Assembly: GCA_951406725.2 (NCBI GenBank)
Contig: OX597823.1
Location: 49,538,001-49,602,000, forward strand
Reading direction: 5' to 3'
From: Octopus vulgaris
Taxonomy: Eukaryota
DNA length: 64,000 nt
Part shown: in pieces, positions 35,541-50,904 of the stretch
Numbering within the stretch: position 1 is the stretch's first letter
Layout of the letters: every line of letters starts with the position of its first letter
Notes under the pieces: model-generated
Seen by the model: only the letters and a program-made list of their open reading frames with translations
What the model was told of the DNA's origin: nothing
Databases searched by the model: none
Program-made: the position numbers and the translations under genes

Positions 35541-36717
35541 ATTTTCTAATTTGCACATATCTTACATATCTTCTACCTTATATTCACAGCTATTTTACCG
35601 TATACTAATAAAGTGATGATTTTTTTAATTATTTCTCTTATAACATGTAAAAAATAAAAAAAGCAACTAGCTAATTTAAAACATGTATACAGTAAGAAGA
35701 ATTTTCATCAATTGTTCTCATAATTTTTCATTTCATCTCACAAATACCATTAGTAAGTTATCATAACAAGCATCTGTGGTGAGTCCTAATATTATGTATT
35801 GCTTAGATGTATAAATAACTAATTAAGCAGTAAAGAGTGCTTTTAGAAATATTTTTTCGTACTTATATATATATATATATAAAAAGAAAGCAACAGAAAA
35901 AATGTTTGCTCATTTTTTAAATATCTTAATAACTTCTGATCGGAGTGAGTGGGAGAATATTTGTCAAATAAAATATCTGGAGATAATTTGGAAGATATTT
36001 CAATTCTTCATGATAAAATAGAATAATTTTTTTAGATTTTTTTTTTATGTATTTGAAATTGATAATGCAATTTTGGTTTGAGTTACTGTATTAAAAAAGG
36101 AAAAAACACAGAAAAAAAAATCAAGCTAAACAAAACAAAAAGCAAAAAGGAATCTGAATGCAAAATATCAACTTATTCTCTTTGTTTTCTCATTCTCTGT
36201 ACCAGGATGTATTCTGTGCAGCTGGTCTGAGTCAATTTCTTTTAAATGCATATTCACGAAAAATTTTCTAAAATCAATTACCATATACTTGTGTGTGCGT
36301 GTGTATTCCATCTGTATCAAAGCATATTGGTCATTCATCACAAAGCATAGATACTTCAATTTTTATACTTAATTAAGTGTATGACTTCCCTTTGGTTAAT
36401 GTGCAAATTGTTGCTTATAAATATTAGTTATTTTGGGGAGCTTGACTCTGAAATCACTGCCTCTATCTTATAACCTTTTGGATCTCATTAATCATATATA
36501 ACTACTATCTATTCATTTAGCTCCCATTTATATTCACTTGTATACTTTCCAACTTGTAATTCACACTACTGCGCTAACATATAAGACTCTTTTATTGCAT
36601 TCATCTTTCTTACATATGTGCAAGGATGTGTTTGCTCACACATATACACACATATGTATATAAATACACACACACCTATTGTGTCTGGAGATGACATTCA
36701 GTTGGATATTTGAATGG

Positions 36718-36765
<48 letters not shown>

Positions 36766-39189
36766 TCAACTATATTATCCCTACTTGAACACATTATTAT
36801 ATTACATGGGGGTTCCTTCATTGCTCTCAGCTGTGATTTGTGTTAAACTTACAGGATGTAACAAATTGAGTGGCTTCCATCATCTAATTTACTCTTTGGC
36901 AGGAAAGAAATGGCACTTCATAGCAATTTGAAAGTTGCTTTATATATTTTATACTTGTCCAAAATTGTTATAGAAAATACCTAGGATTACTTTGTTTCTT
37001 TTTGTTGTTGTTTTTTTTTTCTTTTCAAATCAGCTGTTTTGTTTATTATTTTTTAAATTGTTGCTTTGAGAACTATTCTTTAGTATTAGAAATACTAGGC
37101 ATTATTAAATTTAGAATTTTGATTAAGTGAAATTTTATTGATATATTTGAATCCTACTATATAGAAAAGTAACATATCACACTGAAAATGCCCTCAACTT
37201 CATTTCTGATCCATTAATTCATCTTTTCAACTGGGGACTTAATATCATCTGCATACTACAAGTAGATCAAGAAATACCAGATTTTTGCAGTGTAAGATTT
37301 ATAAATCTATTTCAAGAGTATTTTTTATCTATCTTCTATTATTTTAGTGTTAAAATGATATGGACTATTATTTTTTTTAAGCTTGATTAACTTAGGAAAG
37401 AAAATAAAGATCATTAATTTTCTATTTTCAGATCCTACTTTAGCATCTATATTTACCACAGTATTTATTATTTCCTTTTATCTAAAGGAAATAAAATTAT
37501 TTCATTTTCGATTTCTTTTTCCTGGTTGTTATTTTTTTTTTACCCTTCCCTACTGCTCCTTCTTTTAAAAGTTTCATGCAAGAAAATATACTTGCCCTTT
37601 GAAATCAGCTGAACTGTGAAAGTTCTATAATTCAGCGTGCGGTGTCTACTGCTTAAGTGCAGCTAAAATGCCTTATCAAGTCGACAATTCCTATATTAGG
37701 CTTATCATCACAAATTTAACACTGCCTTTCAAGCAGTAGGTTGCCTTCTGCCGTATGTCAAAATTGATCATTTCTCTGCACTCAGATAGTTTACCTATCG
37801 ACATGTGGCTAAATTAAAATTGCTACTTTAGATATTATAGATGCTGTTTTGTTTTTATTTCATTAGCAAGACATTTGAATTGCATCTAATTAATACTTTG
37901 ATATAACTAATTAATATATTCATATAACTGCTTGTTTGTTAATATTCCCTCTTATCAATGCAGAAAATTTAGATTGTATTTACATACATTTTCTTAGTGT
38001 ATGAAATCTGTGCTTTGACTTGACCAAATGGAATTTTATCAAGAATAGTGTTTGGTATGAAGTTATGATTACAGATTCATGAATTGGTATATCTGATACT
38101 CTTGTCATTGTTATTATTGTTATTATTATAATTATCTCCATCATCATAAGCAAGACAGTTAATTATCTCTGCTCGCTTAAAATCTTCATGCTTGTGTACT
38201 TTGTTGTTTTCTACTTTGAATAATGTCAGTATGTCTGTTTTCTCTTCAAAATAAAATGAAAATTCTTCCTTAAATGAAAGTTCAACGCAATACTATCCTT
38301 ACAGTGATATTTTCTTATTAATTGCCCCACCCCTCACCATTCACATACCTGTGTATTGTATGTACCATTTATTCTCTACATATTATTCTATATCCTTAAC
38401 TTTTGCTCTTCCTTATGTAAAAAAAAAGCAAAAAATTTATAAAAATTAATCAATCTGGTTTATGGAACATTCTTGAAACAAAAAATCAAATGTAACTGAC
38501 CTTGATCATAATCTTTTGTCACACACATATGTATATGTATTTACGTATGTATATATATATATATATAACACATTTCAACATAGCATGTGAACTGGTTATT
38601 ATGTGTATGGTATTTTGGGTTAAAATTAAATTTAATGAGCTTTCATGATCAGGAACTGGATTCATATATGGTTTCAAATGTTCTTGTGACACTCTTCACG
38701 AGTAGTTAACCCAAATCAGCATCCATAGTTAGACTAAGTATGTTTACATACACATAATATAATATATATACATATATATATATATGTATGTATGTGTGTG
38801 TGTGTGTCTTATGTATGTTTACCATGTGAAATAATGCTATGTAAGAGATGTGCTATGTAGTCCTTGTAACCCACAGCATTTACGTGTCAAAGATTTGTTT
38901 GCAATTGTGGGATATTTTGATAAATGTTATTGCATTCTCTAACTAGTTGCTCATGATGAACAATAGCTGGTCTTAGATTGTTTTGAACAGCTTGTTATCT
39001 CTAGTTATAACAACACATTTGAGTAAAAAAAATTTCCTTTTCTTTTTTTTCTTTCTTTTTTTTTTTTAATCAATACATAAAAATGTGTAATTTTTATATA
39101 AACTTCAATCTGGAAATAGTTACATACGATTTAACATTTTTGCTCTGACAATTTGCCTTTATTTGATCCCATACAAAGAAACTAACTCA

Positions 39190-39223
<34 letters not shown>

Positions 39224-39981
39224 TGCTTGCTTGCTTCTTTTCACTCTCTATCTCTTTATCACACACATACACACATATACAGCCTTGGGCTCTCTCTCTT
39301 CTCTCTTCTCTCTCTCCTCTTTCCATCCTTTCTACACCACTGCCAAACAAACAAAAAAAAAATATGTCAGTTATTTTTCTACCTTAGAAATATTGAGTCC
39401 ATTTAAGAATTCTATTTCCATTCTGTATAGATAGGACTAAGGATTTGCTGAATTGTGTTCAAAGGTATATTTTGCTGGTCCATTTCTGCCACCTCACTGA
39501 ATTTGTTGCCGAGAAAATGTATTTATATGGCAGGTTTTATGAATTACATCACATGATTTTGTCTTTCAATCTTTATACCAACTTTTAACAGACTTTTGCT
39601 TTTGGATGTGGAATTTTTATGATAAATATGTGTACATTTTTTTTTTAAATTTCCTTTTGTCTATAAACATCTCGTTAATTCCTGTTTAATTTTAAATATA
39701 TAAATATATGTATTTTGTAATAATGTTTTTATCATTTCTCTTTAGATTTTTGAATATTTTCTCTTCAGTTTGTTTGTTTTTTTTCTATCTTGTAAAGATT
39801 ATTTACTTGTTTAGTAATTGTCAATTTGTAGTCAGCCATTCATGGGTTTTCTATCACTGCCAATTAAGAAGATCTTGCACTGTTAATTAAATTTTAAATA
39901 GATCTCATCTCTTTTTCTCTCTCTTCTTCACATGCACACATACATACATGCACATATATATATATATGTATGTATACATAC

Positions 39982-40014
<33 letters not shown>

Positions 40015-40247
40015 TGTACATATGCACTCTCACACACATCAGTCCTTCAGGCTTCTAGTCTGCTAATCAACCTTGCCTTCACAGTCAACCCCTCCCATGC
40101 AAATATCTTAAGAATCACTGACCAAGTGGAACATTAGCACCACAATAGACATCCTCTACAGAATTTGGTTTGCAACATTTTGTAACAACGATCCATTAGT
40201 GATATCTACACAGTTGGTAGGACCCCTTTCTGCAAGAATCATCTCCA

Positions 40248-40249
<2 letters not shown>

Positions 40250-40330
<81 letters not shown>

Positions 40331-40334
40331 CTCT
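40250..40334. repeat. (CT)n-(CTAT)n microsatellite
   Basis: Directly visible. Confidence 0.95.
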
Positions 40335-41206
40335 CATTCCTGTTCTGTTCTAAGTACTCAAATTATTATAGTGACTTCGGTTTTATTGTTTTTATCATTT
40401 CTTAGACTCTAATCTTAAATTTAAGAAATGTCATCTTTGTTTATTTTAATTTCGTTTTATTCCTTAATGTTATAGACACCATCCAATAATTTTACTCAGC
40501 TGAAGTCTTTTTCTCAGTCACAGATACACTTTAAAAATCTTAAAATTTTGACTACTGTTTTATTGTTAGTGCTGCCTCAATATGATATTAGCCAACTGGC
40601 TGGGAAATTGAGATGTTTAACTCTCATTATACTGTCCAACTCTAATTAAATGTTTCTTTGGTTTGTAGCACTACATTTCTGTCCTTTTGTGGGCTTAGTC
40701 CATAATAAAAGTCCCAACAGCATTGCTCTGTTTCAACCAGTTCTATCATTATGTCAGAGCAGTTTTGTTTTGAATAATTATAACTAGATAAACCAAAAGG
40801 ATATGCAGTACAGTTTATATATATATATAAATATATAAGTAAATATATAAAGTATAGATATGTAAAGTATATATATACACATATTGTCTCAAATGAATGT
40901 ACTGATATGCAAATGAGTAAAAACTGTCACTTATTGCATTTGTGACAAATAGTTGTGTATGGTTGTCTTTCTGTCTGAGATGAACAAAATAAATATCCCT
41001 AATGAGCTAATAAAGATCAGGCAAAACTTGTTAAGTTGTTCTTTCATTCTGAAAAACAAAGCCTTATGATTTACCCACAATGTCTATTTGCCCAGTGAGG
41101 CCTAAATGTGTATTTATTAAATGCATAAACATATTTATATCTTTGATATAATACATATATATATATATATGTTCTAAGATAAAAATTAAATTATTATTAT
41201 TAAACT

Positions 41207-41402
41207 AAGGTGGCAAGCTGGCAGAACTGTTAGCATCCAGACATTCTGAGTTCAAATTCTACCAAGGTCGACCTTACCTTTCATCCTTTCAGGGTTAATA
41301 AATTAAGTATCAGTCAAGTACTGGGGTCAATGTGATCGACTTTCCACATCCCCACAAATTTCAGGCCTTGTGCCTATAGTAGAAATAATAATTATTATTA
41401 TT
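41207..41402 (+). mobile_element. SINE family B flanked by (ATT)n
   Basis: GGTGGCAAGCTGGCAGAA..GAGTTCAAATTCTACCAAGGTCGACC..TTTCATCCTTTCAGGG. Confidence 0.8.
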
Positions 41403-41744
41403 AATAGACTGTGAACAATTATTTGAAATTGCTTTGCAGTTAAGGAGCTGTTGCTAACACAGTTTAATCTTTCATTAGACAGTAAAAGTATAGCAGGTTT
41501 GTTATAAATGTAGAAATCAAGTATTGCTTTAGCTAGAACAGTGATCAATTTAGGATTAATGTGCTGTAAAAGACATCCTTAAATATATACAAAACAATAA
41601 TATTAATGTTTCTATTTGTTTATCCCAAGCAATGGTTAAGTAATTTATATAAAATTAAAATTAAATGATTTAGGGTAATCCTTGTTTATAGATAGATAAA
41701 CTGCTATCATGTTCAGGTGACTTCCTGGGGGAAATGTAGATATA

Positions 41745-41950
41745 TTAACTCTTTAGCATTCAGATTACTCTGTCAAATGTAATGCTTATTTATTCACATT
41801 GTTTTTGAATTAATCTTGCGTTATCTCATACCTTCAAGATTTCAATAATGTGATTGTTTATTTTTAGAACAGCATTGTACGGTAGATAAGAGGGGCCAGA
41901 TCTAGCTGGTTTGGCGCTGGATATGGCCAGTTTAAATGCTAAAGACTCAA
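41745..41950 (-). mobile_element. MITE-1
   Basis: TTAACTCTTTAGCATTCAG..TTTAAATGCTAAAGA, the reverse complement of 17513-17723. Confidence 0.8.
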
Positions 41951-42721
41951 ATCCTAATCATTTTCAATTGCCATGGTTATTTAACCTCTGGGAAGTGAAG
42001 AGAAACAATTAAAACTTGTACTCTGTTCATGACAAACCAAGAAAATCAAAGATTTTAACTTAAGTCAAGGAATGAAATTCTAGAACTGGAAAGAAAAAGT
42101 TTAGTTTATTATTTAACTTTTGAATTAATTATTGTATTGTTTTGGGTTTTTTTTTGTTTATTGAACATCAGTTGGAGAGCAGTAATATGAGCCACCTGAA
42201 CTAATAATGTAGCTTATTGGAAACTTCAATTAATAAGTAGACCGGAAACCACAAGCTGTGGTTAGATGTCTAATTAAGACTCTTTTCACTCAAAGATAAT
42301 TAAGACATTCATATGATCTTGTTAACCAATGGTTTTATGAGTTTTAAAGTTAACTGTGAAGCATTCATAAGTTTTTGCATTCTTTGGTAGTTCTCTTGTC
42401 CTTCAAATTGAACATTGCATTATAAATGTGCACTTGAAAGTTAAAAAACTTACTTTAACATATGAAAGTACAAATTTCTTTACTATTTGACTTCTAAGGA
42501 TTTTGCAATTCAAGTACAGAAGATTCCTTTAAACGAAATTGTTATTGTGTTGGTAAATATTATAGTCATGATGTGATAGCCATGAATCTCTGGCATAAAT
42601 TTAGAATTGCTTACATATTTCCATTGTCTTTCATAAGTGATAAACATTAATATAATGATTATATAAAGCAGTTTTGTTGCACACACCACATCACATGCAC
42701 GCACACTTACACTCTCTCTTC

Positions 42722-42752
<31 letters not shown>

Positions 42753-43752
42753 CTCCCTTACTTTCGTCTACACTTCTACTCACTAATCTGTTGAGAAATA
42801 TTCATTGTAAAACACATTTTGTTTCATTTTCTTCTATAGAGAATAACAATTTAGATGTGTATTTCTTTTAAGAAGTGTTATATCACAATGTAGAAATCAT
42901 ACATAAAAGTTACATTTTATGAAATTTTCAATTCAAAGTAATTTCTTTAGAATTGATCCTTTCCTCCTAAATTTCAACTAGAATGCTGTTGTCTTTTCAT
43001 TTTAAAAATGTTTGAATATTTAGTTTGTTATTTTGTTTTTGTTTTGTTTTGTTTTTTTTATATAGTTTATATCATTTCATTGGTGATCACTTTGATATGT
43101 TATCTAAGAATGGATTTCCCTTTTCACTGACTTAGCATAGGCATTACTTCAATAGAAACAACTTCATTATTGGCCTTCAAGTTTCCACTGAATTAAGACA
43201 GATCATTGTCATATCTCATGGCCACATTTATGTGTACATCTACACTCATGACACTTGCACATGGACATTATATTTCAACAATTTTTGCCATCCTTGCCGG
43301 ATTATGATTATTTCTTTTTTTTTTTTTAATTATTGTTCAAAATTACACAATTTATTTTAGTCTCCATCCCTCCCATCCTTCCTTTCTTATGTGATTGCCA
43401 TTATAAGTTGGGCATTTTAAATCCCATCTTCTCAATGCTTTTTCAGCTCTGTTTGTCTGGTAGTGATAGAATTAAAATTTGTATATAGGTTGTATATGTT
43501 ACATTATTCCGCCCCAGCATCCATTTGCTTACAGATGGGAAAAAAAAAAAAGCACTTTGTTTAAGAAAATTAATTTTAAGATATGATACATTGATTTTAT
43601 TGACTTGTATTGAAGCCTAATTTCAGAGCAAAAGGTTTAGAACTATTGCAAAAATGGTTGGGTCATGACAGAGCTATTTCATTGATTTTTTTTTCTTCTT
43701 TTGTTTCAGTTATTTTTGAAAATCAGATATTATTTTACTCTCTCTCTCTCTC

Positions 43753-43783
<31 letters not shown>

Positions 43784-44462
43784 CCCTCTCTCTCCTTTTT
43801 ATTGTTAATTAAAAATATTGGTTAGATGTCTTTTTATATGGTTTCTTCCTATTTTCAAATTGTATAGGCACTGGGAAATATAAATAGAAACAAGTTGATA
43901 TGCTCGAAAAGTGTAATTTTTATGTGATTTGTCTCATTAGACTTGTATTATTATCAAGTAGGTGTGGCCATTAAACCTGAAAAGCAATGGAAGAGTATTA
44001 ATTTTCATTTGAGTCAAATAATATTTCAGCTGTTACAAGGAATTTTACAAATATGGGCAAAAATCTAAACTCAGTCAAGTTGTATTTGATATGAACAACA
44101 TTTGTACCTTTTGAGTCTGGGTTTTTTCTTTTTTTTTTTTTTTTAATTATTAGCTTGAAGTCCCTTTAGGATTTCTTGTAATTTTTCAGATGGCAGGTAG
44201 GTGTTACAAGCATTGTGTACAATTGTTCTATCTGTTGGTGACTTGACCTTTCTTACTGAATCATGAGTCCTATGTGACTACAAGAGTCAGACTTGACTCC
44301 CAGCTATGTATAAATTTTGATGTTTCACTGAAGGCTGGTGTGTAAAGTTTCTGTGATACCTTAGCATAAACTGAGTGCTTAGATTTTTGTCTTTTGTCAG
44401 CAATCTTGGCTGTTAACATGCTGCCAGCAGCTGTTTATATAGAACAATATATATACATATAT

Positions 44463-44532
<70 letters not shown>

Positions 44533-45184
44533 TATGCTTCTGAGAATATATGTATATATATATATCTGTTTAATGAAAGTATGGTATTTTGAAATTGTCT
44601 CCTTGGCAAAACTAGGTAAATAAACTGAGTATACTTCTATTTTGTCTAGTGGATTCCATAGGTCTATATTTTTTGGTTTCTAATCAATAGAATGGTTTCT
44701 AAACTCTGAGAATATTGTCTACAATTTATTCTGGATGGAAAAGTAAAAAAACTTTAAAATTTGTGGTTTTCATACACTTCAACAGTTACTTAATGATTGA
44801 GTGTGAAATGTTTTCTCTCAGATAAAGGATATTTTTTTAATATATTTCCTACAAACTATATTATATTGAAACTTAAATATATTTAATGCTTGCTTGAACT
44901 GATATATTAAGGATATACTTGACAAAACAAACATATATAGGGGTATATGGTCTCTGTTTGAGATAACTATGTTTATATAGAGTTATACATTTTACTTTTT
45001 AAAGGTATTTGATAAGAAGTTATTGTAGTACTTCTATCATGTAATATTTTTTTCTATTTACCTTTATTTTGTTCATTTTTTGTTATTCATTGAATTTATG
45101 TATCCAATAAATTTATTGTGTGTATGTAAATATATAAGGATGTATATATTTATGTGCATATGTATGTGTATATATGTATATCTA

Positions 45185-45217
<33 letters not shown>

Positions 45218-45362
45218 GTTATACATTATACACACACACACACACACATATACTCACATAAAAATATGTATGCCTGTATTTGTATATTCTTTGTTATTTT
45301 GTTATGAAACAAAATTATGGTAACATTCTCTGCAACTGATAGTTATATATTTCTCAGTTTGG

Positions 45363-45402
<40 letters not shown>

Positions 45403-45735
45403 GTATATATATATATATATGTACGTATGAATGTATGTATGTATATATAATTTTAAAAACATTCTACTGCAGTTAATGTTTAGCAGAGAAGTCAACATTT
45501 GATAATGACAGCTTGAAAAGTGTAAAAACATATTATTTTGAATTGGATGTGTAAATATAAAAATATTTTGCTCAAGCCAGAAATTTATACATCAGAGGAC
45601 TTATTGTAAATTATATGCAACCATAGGGTGATCCTAATTCGTTTAGGTATTGCAACACTCTTAAAGCCAGTTTGAGTTATTGATGTATATATATACACAT
45701 TTACTACCACTTGGCATGGTACAACTATTTGAAGA

Positions 45736-45736
<1 letters not shown>

Positions 45737-45806
<70 letters not shown>

Positions 45807-45915
45807 CATCATCATCATCATCATCATAATTATTAAATACTTGTTGCCTCCTTTTATTTTTAATTTTATCCTAAGTATATACATGTGGGTGTGTGTGTGT
45901 ATATATATATGTATG

Positions 45916-45968
<53 letters not shown>

Positions 45969-46031
45969 ATATGTATATATATATGTCTGTATATGTATAT
46001 ATATATGTATGTATGTATATATATATGTATG

Positions 46032-46074
<43 letters not shown>

Positions 46075-46084
46075 ATATATATAT

Positions 46085-46150
<66 letters not shown>
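45737..46150. repeat. (ATT)n-(ATC)n and compound (TA)/(TG) microsatellites
   Basis: Directly visible. Confidence 0.95.
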
Positions 46151-46349
46151 TTATCCTTGTAAAATATCACTTAAATTAATACAGAATTTTTCCAGTGCTT
46201 ACTTCATATAAAATTTGCATATAATTTTTTACTACTTTTTACAGATCTCAGATTTCTTTCCATTTTCTCATTCCTCTTTTGCCTTTTTCTTTTTTCCTTT
46301 AATTTTTTTTTTCATTAGCTTCATTTTTTCTTTTTTTTGTATTCACTTC

Positions 46350-46397
<48 letters not shown>

Positions 46398-46401
46398 CAT
46401 C

Positions 46402-46620
46402 AAGGTGATGAGCTGGCAGATCTGTTGGCACATTGGAGACAAAATTCTTGGTGTCATTTCTTTCAGCTCTTTACGTTCTGAGTTCAAATGCTACCAAGTT
46501 TCACTTTGCCTTTTCATCATTTCAGGGGGTCAATAAAATAAAGCACCACTCAAGTGTAATCGTCTTACCACCTCCCTGCAAAATTACACTGGCCTTGTTG
46601 CCAAAACTTGAAACCATCAT
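46402..46620 (+). mobile_element. SINE family B between two (ATT)n arrays
   Basis: GGTGATGAGCTGGCAGA..TTACGTTCTGAGTTCAAAT..CTTTGCCTTTTCATC..GGCCTTGTTGCCAAAACTTGAAACC. Confidence 0.8.
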
Positions 46621-46621
46621 C

Positions 46622-46660
<39 letters not shown>

Positions 46661-47041
46661 CATCATCATCATCATTATTATTAATATTTTGTTGTTGTTA
46701 ATGTAAATTCTATCAAAATTCTAAAATATTGAATTGAGATATATACTGAATTTACTTGCCTGATTTTTTTTTTTTTTAACCCATATGTTTTACCTCCTCC
46801 TCCCCCCACCCTACATATTATATCTTACAACCCTCTCTTGTTATACCTTAGCCTTTCATTTCCCAGAATTTCTTTTGTTCAAACCATGGTACAGATAAAT
46901 TTTGAAACAATTCTAACAAGGTTGTATCTGTTATATATACACATATATATAGATATAGACATATATATATATGCTGTTGGTGTTAATTTTATTTTACATG
47001 TTTGTTATATCTTTCTTTTTAATTTTATTGATGCAATGCTA

Positions 47042-47099
<58 letters not shown>

Positions 47100-47461
47100 G
47101 TTGAAATTTTACCATTGTCTGGTGTCAGATTTGGAAATGTTCCAGACATGTATAAAGTCTCATTAAAAAACATACAAATGTAATTAATTCTTCCTCTTGA
47201 TTTTTAGTTATATGTGTTTGTATGTGTGTGTATCACGTCATGCATGTGTGTGTGAGTCTATGTATGCATATACCTTTATGTGTGCATAGATGTTGTCTAT
47301 GTAAATATATATGTGTGTGTGTGTAAACTCACAAATACATACTTACACACACTTGTGCAGCCATATACATGCATGTGTTTATATATTAATACATATGAGG
47401 ATATATATATTTATATATCTGTCTTCATATGTGCATATGTATGCACATGTGTGTGTATGTG

Positions 47462-47495
<34 letters not shown>

Positions 47496-47599
47496 CATGT
47501 ATGTCTCTGCATATATAGTATATACATATATAATGTATGTGATTACATATGTGTATGAGTGTGTGCATGCTCTTGCATGTAAATAGTATACGTATTTAA

Positions 47600-47990
<391 letters not shown>

Positions 47991-48235
47991 TGTATAAAAA
48001 TATGGAGATAGTGAAGGCTACTTGTAATTGATCCCTTTCTGGAAACAAAGGCAGGTAAGAGTAACTTCACTCCATTCATGCAAGCCCAGACAACTAGACA
48101 TAAAGCAAATACACCAATATATATATATGTCACTACTTATCTAGAAAACGCTGACAGCACCAAAAAAGTGCTTCATAATGGCCTTCCATAATGTTTGTGG
48201 TAAACCACATAATTTTATGTGTGTAAATATAAATA

Positions 48236-48623
48236 TAGGAGTGGCTGTGTGGTAAGTAGCTTGTTTACCAACCACATGGTTCCGGGTTCAGTCCCACTGT
48301 GTGGCACCTTGGGCAAGTGTCTTCTACTGTAGCCTCGGGCCGACCAAAGCCTTTTGAGTAGACGGAAACTGAAAGAAGCCCGTCGTATATATGTATATAT
48401 ATATATATGCATTTGTGTGTCTGTGTTTGTCCCCCTAGCATTACTTGACAACCGATGCTGGTGTGTTTATGTCCCCGTTACTTAGTGGTTCGGCAAAAGA
48501 GACCGATAGAATAAGTACTGGGCTTACAAAAGAATAAGTCCCGGAGTTGAGTTGCTTGATTAAAGGTGGTGCTCCAGCATGGCCGCAGTCAAATGACTGA
48601 AACAAGTAAAAGAGAGTAAAGAG
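48236..48623 (+). mobile_element. full-length young SINE family A (tRNA head, CORE-like box, internal (TA)n, AAAGAGT tail)
   Basis: A box TGGCTGTGTGG, B box GGTTCAGTCCC, CORE-like ACCTTGGGCAAGTG and tail ATGACTGAAACAAGTAAAAGAGAGTAAAGAG. Confidence 0.9.
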
Positions 48624-48704
48624 TATACATCTACAAACACATATATGTCTGCACGTGTGTATCTATATGTATGTATGTATGTGTATATATATATATATAT
48701 ATAT

Positions 48705-48749
48705 AACCCATGCTAGCATGGAAAGCGGACGCTAAATGATGATGATGAT
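48705..48749 (+). mobile_element. 45-bp RTE terminal fragment within (TA)n
   Basis: AACCCATGCTAGCATGGAAAGCGGACGCTAAATGATGATGATGA. Confidence 0.75.
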
Positions 48750-48791
48750 ATATTTTATATGTATACATATATATATATAAATATATATATA

Positions 48792-48828
<37 letters not shown>

Positions 48829-48894
48829 ATATATATGAATATATATATACATGTATATATATATACATACGTATATATATATATATATATATGA

Positions 48895-48925
<31 letters not shown>

Positions 48926-49077
48926 CGTGTATATATATATATGTATATATATACGTGTATATATATATGTGTATATATATGTATGTATATATATATATAT
49001 GTGTATATATATGTATGTATATATATATATATGTGTATATATATGTATGTATATATATATATACGTGTATATTTATG

Positions 49078-49113
<36 letters not shown>

Positions 49114-49141
49114 CGTGTGTATATATATATATACATATATA
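48750..49141. repeat. compound (TA)n/(TATG)n microsatellite
   Basis: Directly visible. Confidence 0.95.
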
Positions 49142-49579
49142 GGGAGAATTCACAAAAGAAAACAAAAAATTAAGACAGGTGGTGTAAACAACAAAGAAAT
49201 GTATTAGTTTAGCATTCAGGAAGTGAAAAAGTCTAACGTTTTGAGCCTATGCTCTTCCACACCTATAAGCACATACGTGTATATGTATATATATATACAC
49301 ACACAAACTAAAATATGTTATGTAGATAACAATGAAGCAGGTAAAACATACAATAGATGCAAACATGCTTATATGTATGTATACGCATATATATATATAG
49401 ATAGATAGATAGATATACACACACATATACAAACTTAAAAATGTATTAAAATGTCACCATACAAATTAGGGCTCAATATTTGAACTCCCAAATGTATATA
49501 TTTATATATATATACTGATCCATGTATGTTTATTCATAAATATGTATACATGCAACAAATGCATATATATATTTCATTT

Positions 49580-49620
<41 letters not shown>

Positions 49621-50327
49621 TCACATGCAATATATATATATATGCATGTGTTGTATGTATATATTTACACACACATATATACATGTTGATATACACGTAC
49701 ATCTATTATTGTTTTTACATGCATATGACTGTGTGTGCTGTATGAATTTATGTGTATTTAAATAAATATAAAGAGAGATATAACATTATTGAGATTGTTA
49801 TAATATCCACTTTTCCGTACTTGCGTCGTTGACAAAGAATTTGAGTAGCCATATGCAATTCGTGATGCCAACTTCACCTTATCAAGGTAAGATTTCCCCA
49901 TAACCAGAGATGTTTTGGTGGATAATAGGAAACAACACTGCTTCTATGACTATGCCATCTCTTTTATGCATATCATGCTATGCCTTGGCAAGTAGTCACA
50001 GGTACACACATACTAACATATATGTGTGTGGTTGTATATTTACACATGAACATATATATATAAATATATACAACAGACTTTTTCATTTTCTACCAAATCC
50101 ACTCAAATATTTGCTCAACCAACTGATGCAGTTTATATATATATACATTTCTGTGCACATATATTTATGCATTTATATGTATATGCATATATATACATAT
50201 ATATGTATATGCATATATATATGTATGTATATATGTGTGTATACCTATATGTATATATATATATATATATACATACATATACCACGTACATATATATATA
50301 ATATGTGTGTGTATACATATATATGTA

Positions 50328-50420
50328 CAGACTGGAGCCTAGTGCAGCTTCCTGGCTTCCCAGACTCCAGTTAAACCATCTAACCCATGCTAGCATGGAA
50401 AACGGATGTTAAACGTTTTG
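50328..50420 (+). mobile_element. RTE terminal fragment within TA-rich SSR
   Basis: CAGACTGGAGCCTAGTGCAGC..AACCCATGCTAGCATGGAAAACGGATGTTAAACG. Confidence 0.75.
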
Positions 50421-50904
50421 ATGTACATATAAGTGAGTGGACAAATGAAAAAAGGCACTCAATACATTTAGTAGGAGTTACATATATTATTACTTTAAAC
50501 AGTTTGATTCAGCCTGATGCTACTCAAAGTTTTGTAGGCTCCTCACAGAAACCTGTATATATACATATGTATGCACACAATGTGTATATATCTGTAATTA
50601 TATATTGATATGTGTTTATATATACATATATATATATATATATCTATGTTTATATATGTATGTGTGTGCATGTGTTTATACATATATATGTGTGTGCGTT
50701 TATATGTCTATACCTCTGTTTATATGTGTGTGTGCATGTGTTTATATTTGTATGTATATGTATATATATCTATGTTTATATATGTGTATTTAATACTAGT
50801 TATGATACAGTTTGTTTTCCCAATTTTCTCTCTTTCTTTTATGCATTTTGTTATTTTCTTAACTTAAGCAGAAATTTGTTACACTTAGATTTATATATCA
50901 TGTG

